DNA of 35,806 bases, from positions 1-35,806 of the forward strand of contig CAYUME010000002.1 in assembly GCA_964445475.1 (NCBI GenBank), read 5' to 3'. Below, in pieces: positions 16,810 to 23,971 of this stretch. A program made the translations under genes and the position numbers. Within the stretch, counting starts at the first letter, position 1. Every line of letters begins with the position of its first letter. This DNA is from an uncultured Planctomycetia bacterium. GTDB lineage: Bacteria > Planctomycetota > MHYJ01 > CAYUME01. The notes under the pieces were generated by a model, which worked only from the letters and a program-made list of their open reading frames with translations, had not been told where the DNA came from and ran no database searches.

Positions 16810-18144
16810 CTAGGGTGCCTCGATGCGGAGGGTGTGCGTAACAGGCACGAAGGCGGCGCGGATGGCCTCGACCAGGGGCATTCGTTCGGCCTCGGTTTTC
16901 TTCACCGCGCCCTCCATGTCCTCCCGCCCCTCCTTGCCGTGGAAGATCTGCTTCACCTGCTTCGTCTCGTAGGCCTGCTTGGCCGCCACCGCGGCATCCA
17001 CCTTCCCGAAGGCCTCCGAGAACGGGTTGGCTTTGAAGTCCTCCGCCAGGTTCACTCCTTTTGCCAGCGCGTCGGCGGGGTAGGTCCGCGAGGTTCCGCC
17101 CCACGTCACCGTGCAGCCCGCCGCCGGCGCGCCCTTGACGACGAGCCGGAATCGGTTGAGCTCCGCATTGAAGGGGACGAGCGTCATGCCCGAGCGGAGG
17201 GAGTCGTCCTTGTCCGGTGCCCCCGTCGCGCAGAAGGGGTATCGTCGGCTCTCGACCGTGAGGGCGCCGCCTTCGAAGGACTTCACCGCGTGCCCCTCCG
17301 TCGCCGTCGCCTTCCCCGCCTTGAGGTCCACCGTGAGCGTGCCGAGATCCCCGTCCAGCCCGAGCGCCTTGAGGTAGGCATATGCCATCACGAGCTGTCC
17401 GGCCCAGCCCGGGTGGACGCCGTCCTTTCCGGCCACGGCGTACTCGGGGCCGTGCTTCTGCCGCGCGGCGAAGCCGGCGGTGAGCATCGGCCAGAAGACG
17501 TCGGCGAACCGGATGCCCTCCGCGGCGGCGATCTCGACGTCGATGTTGCGGAGCGTGCAGAGGCTCTGGTTGTGCTCGTCGAGGGTGCCGGAGGCCGACT
17601 TGACCCAGCTGGCGACCTTGCCGACGCAGCCGGGGGAGCCGAGGACGACGCGCGCGCCGGCGTCTTTGAAGGCGCGGGCGACGGCGGTGTACTTCTCGCG
17701 GTACCAGCGGCCGTTCGCCTCGTCGTACGGGCGGTACTTGTAGTCGTTCATGCCGTAGCAGGTCGTGGCGATGGTGGGCTTGAATCGGAGACAGTCGTTC
17801 TTCATTCGGTTCAGGAAGCCTTCCGCGGTCTCGCCGCTCCAGCCGTACTGCCGGGCCTCGATCCGGAGGTCCGGGACGCAGACGGTGAGGTAGGTCTCCA
17901 TGATGCGGGAGTACATCTTCTGCTCGGTGATGGAGTCGCCGACGATGGCGAGGCGGTCGCCGGGCTTGAGGTAGAGGCCTTCGTATTTCGGGGCCTTGAG
18001 GGGGGCGAATGTCTCGAAGTACGGGTCCGCGGGACGGGCCTCGAGGGCCTGCGTCCGCGCCGGGGGCGCGGCGGCGAGCCACGGGGCGGCAAAGAGGGCG
18101 GCAACAGGGAGCGCGCGAAGGAGGCGGCGAAGGGTGTCGATCAT
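16810..18144 (-). CDS. secreted SGNH/GDSL-family hydrolase with C-terminal beta-sandwich extension
   Basis: Signal peptide MIDTLRRLLRALPVAALFAAPWLAAAPPA. Block I LAIVGDSITEQ (GDS). GMND block. Block V GKDGVHPG (DxxH). Confidence 0.85.
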   Translation of the reverse strand: MIDTLRRLLRALPVAALFAAPWLAAAPPARTQALEARPADPYFETFAPLKAPKYEGLYLKPGDRLAIVGDSITEQKMYSRIMETYLTVCVPDLRIEARQYGWSGETAEGFLNRMKNDCLRFKPTIATTCYGMNDYKYRPYDEANGRWYREKYTAVARAFKDAGARVVLGSPGCVGKVASWVKSASGTLDEHNQSLCTLRNIDVEIAAAEGIRFADVFWPMLTAGFAARQKHGPEYAVAGKDGVHPGWAGQLVMAYAYLKALGLDGDLGTLTVDLKAGKATATEGHAVKSFEGGALTVESRRYPFCATGAPDKDDSLRSGMTLVPFNAELNRFRLVVKGAPAAGCTVTWGGTSRTYPADALAKGVNLAEDFKANPFSEAFGKVDAAVAAKQAYETKQVKQIFHGKEGREDMEGAVKKTEAERMPLVEAIRAAFVPVTHTLRIEAP

Positions 18145-18201
18145 GCGTCCGCGGGATCGTCGTCCCGCCCTCCGGGAGGCCAGGGAAACGGGGGGAAAGG
18201 C

Positions 18202-18210
18202 ATTGTAACA
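18202..18210 (-). promoter_or_regulatory. extended -10 element TGTTACAAT upstream of the SGNH hydrolase gene
   Basis: The minus strand reads TGT TACAAT (plus strand attgtaaca, 18202..18210), about 55 nt upstream of ATG 18144. The -35 is weak. Confidence 0.3.
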
Positions 18211-18437
18211 TTGGCCGACGGGAGCAGGGAACCGGATTCGGCCCTGCGGATGTCCCGTCGGCTCCGGATGGCCTCATCTGATTCGTGAGTGGCGACCTCC
18301 CCGTGCGTCGAGAGGTCGTGTGAGGCCCGTTTCAGGCGACGAGCGTGAGGGCAGGGGCTGCAAAGGTCGTGAAATAGGGTTCAGAAAGCGTCATCATCAG
18401 CGTGGGTGGAGGGCGGTGAGGCTGGGGAGCCGGGGAC

Positions 18438-18655
18438 TCACGCGATCGGCAGCTCCAACTCGAGGCGCTCGACGTCCACCGCCTTATCCGCCGGGATCGG
18501 TTCGCCGTCCTTGAGAAGGCTCTCCAGGTGGCAGCGGATCGCGTCCTCCGCCATCCGGCGGGCCTCGTCCAAGGTCCGGCCGCTGGTGACGATCCCCGGA
18601 AGACCCGCCCCTCGTCCGTGGAGTCCGCCTTCGCCTCATAGGAAGGCCGATAAGG
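18438..18655 (-). pseudogene. hicB: degenerate HicB-family (UPF0150) antitoxin remnant, start-less and frameshifted
   Basis: The minus-strand frame ending at TGA 18438..18440 reads LPGIVTSGRTLDEARRMAEDAIRCHLESLLKDGEPIPADKAVDVERLELELPIA. This fits the HicB core pattern LPGc.tqG.TleEA......EAI...le.l...Ge.iP. A TGA at 18636..18638 closes that frame upstream. The N-terminal-like piece PSYEAKADSTDEGRVF is in the recQ frame right after the recQ TAG and has no start codon. Confidence 0.5.
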
Positions 18656-20980
18656 CTACGGCGGACAAGTGCTGCCCCGTCCCTCGGACGCGCGGCGCTC
18701 CCGGGCCTCGAGGAACGCCCGGTAGACGCGCAGGCGGTCGTAGTCCACGGCCCGCCCGAGCCGCTCGCGGACGGCGGCGAGGCTGCCGGTGCCCTTCGCG
18801 GCGAAGGCGGCCCCCACCCGCGCCCGCTCTTCCGCGGCGAAGAGCCGTTCCGCGTCCACCTCCTCCCCCGCGTCCAGCGCGTCCGCCAGATGGCCGCTTA
18901 CCGTGCTGGCGGTCAGTCCCCGGTCGCCCGCGATCTCCGGGATCGACCGCCCTTCCCGGAACTGCCGGAGCGTCTCGCGGGCCGTCTCGTTGAGGAGGCC
19001 GTCGGCGGAGCGCCGCGGGGCCGGGGCGGGGGGGGCGGGCTCCGTCTCCTCCCCGAAATCCGTTTGCGGCCGCTCCCGCAGGTGGGCGGCGATCGCATCG
19101 AGGAACGCGCGCCCGAACTCCCGCAGCTTCCTCTCGCCCACCCCGCTGATCCGCGCGAACGCGGCCTCGTCGGCGGGGTACCGCCTCGCCATCTGGCGCA
19201 GCGCCACATCGGAGAAGACGACGTAGGCGGGGACGTCGCGGGCGTCGGCCAGATCTTTCCGGAGACCCCGGAGGCGCTCGAAGAGGGCCTCGTCGCAGGC
19301 GAGGTCCCCCGCGCGCGGCCGGTCGTACGTGGGCGCAACGGGGGCGCGGGCGAGCGTCACCGGCCGCCGCTCGCGCAGCACGGCGTGCCCCTCCGGCGTC
19401 AGCTCCAGCGTCCGGTACGCGCCGTCGGTCTGCCGCAGCAGGCCGAGGCGGATCAGCTCGCGGCCGTCCGCCTGCCACGCCTTCCGGCTCCGGCCCCGCC
19501 CGATGCCGTAGGTGGAGAGGCGGTCGTGCTTCCATCGGCGGATCTTCTCCGTGTCGGCGCCGACGAGGACGTCGACGGCATGGAGAAGGCCGGTGGAGAA
19601 TCCGTTCGCCTCGTCGATGCGGTAGACGCACGAGAGGAGCTGGTGGGCCTCGGTCGTGGCGTCCCGCGTGCCGCGGGGGGAGAGGCAATTGTCGCAGGCG
19701 CCGCAGGAGGGCGCCGTCCACGCCTCACCGAAGTAGTGGAGGAGGGCGGCGCGGCGGCAGCCGGCCCGCTCCGCGAAGTCGATCATCTCGCGGAGCTGGG
19801 TGCGGGCGGTCTCCCGCTCGCCCGCGTCGGGCTTTTCGTCGATGAACCGCGCCTGCTTGACCGCGTCCCCGGCGCTGAAGAGGAGGACGCACTCGCCGGG
19901 GAGGCCGTCCCGCCCGGCGCGCCCCGTCTCCTGGTAGTAGCTCTCGATGTTCTTCGGGAGGTCGGCATGGACGACGAAACGGACGTTGGGCTTGTGGATG
20001 CCCATGCCAAAGGCGATGGTGGCGCAGACGACGCGGGCCTCGTCGCGCCGGAAGTGCTCCTGGTGGCGCGTCCGCACCGCGGCGTCGAGGCCGGCGTGGT
20101 AGGGCAGGGCCCGGATGCCGGCGCCCGCCAGCCGGGCGGCAAGGCGCTCCGCGCCCTTGCGGCTGTGACAGTAGACGATCCCGCTTTCGCCCGGCCGGGC
20201 GCGGAGGAGGTCGAGGACCTGGCGGAACGGGTCGTCCTTCGGCAGGACCCGGTACGTCAAGTTCGGCCGGTTGAAGCTGGCGATGTACCGGCGGGGGTCG
20301 CGGAGGCGGAGCTGGCGGACGATGTCGTCGCGGACGCGGGCGGTGGCCGTGGCGGTGAGGGCCATGAAGGGCGCACGCGGCAGGAGGGCGCGGAGGCCTG
20401 CCAGTTGCCGGTATTCCGGCCGAAAGTCGTGCCCCCACGCGCTGATGCAGTGGGCCTCGTCGACGGCGACGAGCCGGACGTCCCAGGCGCGGAGGGCGTC
20501 GAGGAAGCCGGGGAGGAGGAGGCGCTCGGGGGCGGCGTAGAGCAGGCGGTAGCGCCCCCGGTAGAGGTCGCCGACCCGCGCCCGCGCCTCCGTGGCGTCA
20601 AGCGAGGAGTTGAGGAACGTCGCCTCGATCCCCGCCGCCCGCAGCGCGTCGACCTGGTCCTTCATCAGCGAGATGAGCGGCGAGACCACCACGGTCAGCC
20701 CCGGTCGCGCGAGGGCGGGGAGCTGGAAGCAGAGCGACTTGCCGCCGCCGGTGGGGAGGATCGCGAGCAGGTCGTGCCCCGCCAGCGCATCGCGGATGAT
20801 CTCCTCCTGGAGCGGCCGGAAGGCGTCGAAGCCGAAGTGGCGCTTCAGCAGGGGAAGCAGCGGAGGCTCGGTCGGGTTCGCCGGAGTCCCCCCGGAAAAG
20901 GGGGCACTGTCGGCCGGTGAGACCGGGGGGAGCGTTGCGGTCACGTTTTCGGTTCCTGGCATGGTCGGGATCCTTTCCAT
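18656..20980 (-). CDS. recQ: ATP-dependent DNA helicase RecQ with C-terminal HTH-containing extension
   Basis: FGFDAFRPLQEEII, motif I LPTGGGKSLCFQLPAL, motif II DEAHCISAWGHDFRPEY, Zn/RQC CRRAALLHYFGE...CGACDNC, HRDC LFERLRGLRKDLADARDVPAYVVFSDVALRQMA...ISGVGERKL. About 150 further residues follow, including SIPEIAGDRGLTASTVSGHLADAL. Alternative start at ATG 20962 (MPGTENV). Confidence 0.93.
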   Translation of the reverse strand: MERIPTMPGTENVTATLPPVSPADSAPFSGGTPANPTEPPLLPLLKRHFGFDAFRPLQEEIIRDALAGHDLLAILPTGGGKSLCFQLPALARPGLTVVVSPLISLMKDQVDALRAAGIEATFLNSSLDATEARARVGDLYRGRYRLLYAAPERLLLPGFLDALRAWDVRLVAVDEAHCISAWGHDFRPEYRQLAGLRALLPRAPFMALTATATARVRDDIVRQLRLRDPRRYIASFNRPNLTYRVLPKDDPFRQVLDLLRARPGESGIVYCHSRKGAERLAARLAGAGIRALPYHAGLDAAVRTRHQEHFRRDEARVVCATIAFGMGIHKPNVRFVVHADLPKNIESYYQETGRAGRDGLPGECVLLFSAGDAVKQARFIDEKPDAGERETARTQLREMIDFAERAGCRRAALLHYFGEAWTAPSCGACDNCLSPRGTRDATTEAHQLLSCVYRIDEANGFSTGLLHAVDVLVGADTEKIRRWKHDRLSTYGIGRGRSRKAWQADGRELIRLGLLRQTDGAYRTLELTPEGHAVLRERRPVTLARAPVAPTYDRPRAGDLACDEALFERLRGLRKDLADARDVPAYVVFSDVALRQMARRYPADEAAFARISGVGERKLREFGRAFLDAIAAHLRERPQTDFGEETEPAPPAPAPRRSADGLLNETARETLRQFREGRSIPEIAGDRGLTASTVSGHLADALDAGEEVDAERLFAAEERARVGAAFAAKGTGSLAAVRERLGRAVDYDRLRVYRAFLEARERRASEGRGSTCPP

Positions 20981-21095
20981 ATAAGGAGACCCCGGCCTGT
21001 AAGTGCAAATGGCGTGCCAAACTCGCGATATTGATGCAAGTTATTGTTTGTAAATTAGTTGCGACTAATCGGAGTGGATATTGCCTGCCGTGGCG

Positions 21096-21124
21096 ATGTT
21101 ACTAAAAGTAACACTGCCCTGCAA
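21096..21124 (-). promoter_or_regulatory. possible recQ promoter TTGCAG-17-TAACAT overlapped by a perfect palindrome GTTACT-N3-AGTAAC (21098..21112)
   Basis: The minus strand reads TTGCAG (21119..21124), a 17-nt spacer, then TAACAT (21096..21101). The 15-bp palindrome gttactaaaagtaac covers the spacer end and four bases of the -10, which is a classical repressor-operator position. It sits in an AT-rich island. Confidence 0.3.
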
Positions 21125-21273
21125 GAGGAGTCTGGTCGACCGGCAAGGCGACAGGCGTTGGTCGGTGGCGGGAACAAAAGCCCCCTGCCGCGACGCGTCG
21201 AGGAGGACGCGCCATTCGTGGCGCGGGGCGTCGGCCGCGCGGTCGGGCCGTTATCGTCCGGGGCGGGCCGTCT

Positions 21274-21459
21274 TCAGAAGGCCTTCTTGCCCTGGTAGAC
21301 GACGTCTTCTGACTTCTTCATCAGCTCGACGGCCTCCTTGACGCATTCGTCGAGGGAGACCTGGGCTGAAGGATTGCCAGCGCGCTTCCCGACGTAGATC
21401 TGGGCGGCGAGGAGCGAGACGATCTGGTGCTCCTTGAGGACGATGTGCTGGTCGGGCAT
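21274..21459 (-). CDS. small hypothetical protein (61 aa)
   Basis: ATG 21459 is preceded by AAGGAG 6 nt upstream. GC3 is high and the sequence is non-repetitive: MPDQHIVLKEHQIVSLLAAQIYVGKRAGNPSAQVSLDECVKEAVELMKKSEDVVYQGKKAF. It has its own near-consensus promoter. No family recognised. Confidence 0.65.
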   Translation of the reverse strand: MPDQHIVLKEHQIVSLLAAQIYVGKRAGNPSAQVSLDECVKEAVELMKKSEDVVYQGKKAF

Positions 21460-21592
21460 GAGTCGCTCCTTGACTGGAAAAGGATTCCTGTCGGGAAGCG
21501 GATCGTGCGGGATACGGGTTGTGGTGCAGGTGGCTGCGACCGGCTTCTCCCGGCGGGCGCCGCCTGTGCGCGGCTCGGAACCGCCGATGGGT

Positions 21593-21620
21593 ACTATATG
21601 CCTAGAAAGGACCCTGTCAA
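21593..21620 (-). promoter_or_regulatory. near-consensus sigma70 promoter TTGACA-16-TATAGT for the 61-aa ORF
   Basis: Minus strand: TTGACA (21615..21620, overlapping the tsaB stop codon), 16-nt spacer, TATAGT (21593..21598). The predicted leader to ATG 21459 is about 125 nt. Confidence 0.5.
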
Positions 21621-22369
21621 GAGGCGGGTGGCGGTCCGGTGCGCAGGACTCCCGCCTTGACCTCCGCCTCGGTCGGCCGGAGGTAGAGCGGGGCGATCGT
21701 CATCGCCTCGTCCCGGCGACGGGCCAGGTACGAGGCGAGGCCGAGTCGGGCGACGGCGGAGGCGCGGGGGATCGCCCACGTTGGATCGCCCTCCTTCACG
21801 TCCGCCCGCAGCAGGGCCTCCCGGTACCGGTCGAGGGCGTCGCCGAAGATCGTGGCGCCCGCGGGGACCCGCGCGGCGAAGGCGGCCGGCGCTTCCGTGA
21901 CGGGCGCCAGGACCTCGCGCCAGGCGGGATCGGCCGCGAGGGGCTGCGTACCGGGACTCCCCGCCCGCTCGTACACCGCGCCGTAGACCTGTCCCCATCG
22001 CGCGTCGAGGGCGGGGACGACGCAGGACGCGTCGCCCGCGGCGTTCTCCGCCATGGCGGCGAGGCTGCCCACGCCGACGAGGGGGCGCCGGACGGACCAG
22101 GCGAAAGTCTTGGCGAAGGCGAGGCCCACGCGGAGACTGGTGTAGGAACCGGGCCCCTGGGAGACGACGACCAAGTCGAGGCCGTCCGGGGCGAGCCGGG
22201 TCTCGTCGAGGGCGGCCTTGACGGCCGGAGCGAGTTCGCGGCCGTGGATGAGCCCCTCCGAGAAGCTTCGTTCGAAGAGGACGGCGAAGGGGGCGCCGGG
22301 CTCTTCGCCGCCCAGGGCGAGGGCGACGCTGCCGATCTTGCCGGAGGTTTCGACGGCCAGGATCTTCAT
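21617..22369 (-). CDS. tsaB: tRNA threonylcarbamoyladenosine (t6A) biosynthesis protein TsaB
   Basis: ATG 22369 inside track ORF 21617..22549 gives MKILAVETSGKIGSVALAL. VVSQGPGSYTSLRVGLAFAKTFA matches the YeaZ/TsaB signature. Confidence 0.88.
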   Translation of the reverse strand: MKILAVETSGKIGSVALALGGEEPGAPFAVLFERSFSEGLIHGRELAPAVKAALDETRLAPDGLDLVVVSQGPGSYTSLRVGLAFAKTFAWSVRRPLVGVGSLAAMAENAAGDASCVVPALDARWGQVYGAVYERAGSPGTQPLAADPAWREVLAPVTEAPAAFAARVPAGATIFGDALDRYREALLRADVKEGDPTWAIPRASAVARLGLASYLARRRDEAMTIAPLYLRPTEAEVKAGVLRTGPPPAS

Positions 22370-22548
22370 GGGGGGGCATGCCACTGGGTGACGCAAGACC
22401 TTCAAATCGCCCGGCCCTGCCGCATCCCCTGCCGCCCCAAGGGGAAGCTTCAGCCGGGGGGACGGAGCGGAGCCGCGGTTTGTCTGGCTTGCGCAAACCA
22501 GCGGGAATGTAGCAGAGCCGCCGGCGGTTCGCGAGGAGTTTTTGGACA

Positions 22549-22577
22549 TTGCGTCCCCTCGCTGCCTCTGCTATCAT
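22549..22577 (+). promoter_or_regulatory. possible promoter TTGCGT-17-TATCAT for the methyltransferase/kinase-like/rsmB gene string
   Basis: TTGCGT at 22549..22554, 17-nt spacer, TATCAT at 22572..22577, 45 nt upstream of ATG 22623. Confidence 0.35.
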
Positions 22578-22622
22578 CCCCGCACTTTCGGGGTGATCGT
22601 CGCCCCCGTTGCGGATCGCACC

Positions 22623-23207
22623 ATGGCGTCTCACGCCCGGTTCTGGACGAAGCTTTCCCTCCGCGTCTTGGTCGTGTGGGTCACGGTGGGGGCTCTGCTG
22701 GCGCTGGCCCGGCCCGAGCCGCCCTGGCTTCTCGGCGGGGCGGTCCCGGTGCTGATGGGGGAGCTGCTGCGGATCTGGGCGGCGGGGCACCTCGAGAAGA
22801 ACAAGAAGCTCACCGTGACCGGACCGTACGCCCACGTCAAGAACCCCCTCTACCTCGGAACGTTCCTGATCATGGTCGGCTTCTGTGCCATGGCCCCCGC
22901 CCGGTACGGCGCCAACTGGATCGTCCTGGCCGTCGGCTCGCTCCTCTTCGTCGCCTCCTATGCGCCCCGCAAGATGCGCGTCGAATACGGCCGTCTGCGC
23001 GAGCGGTTCGGGGAGGCCTTCGAGGCGTACGACCAGGCCGTGCCGGACTACCTCCCGCGCCTTGCGCCGTACCGCGGAGGCACCGACCGGTGGCGGGCCG
23101 GTCTCGTCATCGAGAACAGCGAGATCTGGGTGGCCCTCGTCGTCGCGCTGGGCGCGGCCGCGCTCGTCTCGAAATGGGCGTGGGGATGGGAACTGGTCCG
23201 CTTGTAG
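22623..23207 (+). CDS. membrane methyltransferase, isoprenylcysteine carboxyl methyltransferase (ICMT/PEMT-like) family
   Basis: ATG 22623 (MASHARFW...). Multiple TM helices. The signature LTVTGPYAHVKNPLYLGTFL resembles the L.t.GpY..vRhP.Y.G motif of the family. Confidence 0.8.
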   Translation: MASHARFWTKLSLRVLVVWVTVGALLALARPEPPWLLGGAVPVLMGELLRIWAAGHLEKNKKLTVTGPYAHVKNPLYLGTFLIMVGFCAMAPARYGANWIVLAVGSLLFVASYAPRKMRVEYGRLRERFGEAFEAYDQAVPDYLPRLAPYRGGTDRWRAGLVIENSEIWVALVVALGAAALVSKWAWGWELVRL

Positions 23208-23295
23208 CGGCGGCCAGGGACGGTCGGACGCCCTGCCGGTGTCGCCCGGCGGAGGCTTCCGGGAGGCGCCGGCCGTTCGAACGACGGGAGCGCGG

Positions 23296-23967
23296 ATGGA
23301 GCTCGTCGGGATCAACAACCTGCCGTTCGTGCCGCCCGTGCCGGGGGCGGTTCTCCGCCGGAAGGGCGGGTGGTCGCCCCTTATCCGCGTGGTGGAGACG
23401 CCGCACGGCCTGGCCATCGAGAAGGACTACACGGTCAAGCCGTTCCCCATCCGGATGACCGTGGCCCGGGTGCTCGTCCGCCGCGAGCGCGAAGTGCTGC
23501 GTCACCTGCAGGGGCTTCCCGGCATCCCGCGCCTGCTGCCGAGCCACGATCCCCTGCGGGTCCGGACCGCCTTCATCCCGGGTCGCCCGATCAACCGGAT
23601 CCCTCCCGCCGAGCTCCGGCCGGAGATCTTCCGGCGGCTGGAGGCCCTGGTCCAGGCGATGCACGTCCGCCGGGTCGTCCATCTCGACCTCCGCCAGCGG
23701 AAGAACATCCTGATCCGCGACGACGGCCAGCCCTTCCTGCTCGACTTCGCCAACGCCTGGCGGTTCCGCATGAAAGGCGGGCTCTCCCGCTGGACGTTCG
23801 AGCGGCTCGCGGCGGTCGACTGGAGCGCGCTGCTGAAGTACAAGAACCGCTATTTCCCCGGCCTGCTCTCCGAGGCGGATCGCTCGTTCCTGCGACGCCA
23901 CCGGCGCCTGAGGACGCTGTGGTTCTTCAAGCCCCACAAGAAGCGGGCGAAAGACCGGATCCGTTGA
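23296..23967 (+). CDS. small atypical protein-kinase-fold protein (Kdo/WaaP, RIO, Bud32-like class)
   Basis: ATG 23296 follows GGGAG. Candidate beta3 Lys in LAIEKDY, alphaC Glu in REREVLRHL, catalytic loop HLDLRQRKNILI, metal-binding LLDFANA, basic C-terminal tail. Length 223 aa. Confidence 0.75.
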   Translation: MELVGINNLPFVPPVPGAVLRRKGGWSPLIRVVETPHGLAIEKDYTVKPFPIRMTVARVLVRREREVLRHLQGLPGIPRLLPSHDPLRVRTAFIPGRPINRIPPAELRPEIFRRLEALVQAMHVRRVVHLDLRQRKNILIRDDGQPFLLDFANAWRFRMKGGLSRWTFERLAAVDWSALLKYKNRYFPGLLSEADRSFLRRHRRLRTLWFFKPHKKRAKDRIR

Positions 23968-23971
23968 CCCC

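Noticed and set aside
18145-18437. Search for a HicA toxin partner, or any small ORF, downstream of the HicB remnant.
   Set aside because: The only minus-strand ORF is about 20 codons (MMTLSEPYFTTFAAPALTLVA) with no HicA features. The region otherwise holds the SGNH-gene promoter.
21098-21112. Calling the GTTACT-N3-AGTAAC palindrome a LexA/SOS box.
   Set aside because: The half-sites only loosely recall TTAC/GTAA-type boxes described for some lineages, and the spacing differs. No lexA gene or second copy is in the window. I cannot support a named regulon, so it is reported only as an unassigned operator candidate.
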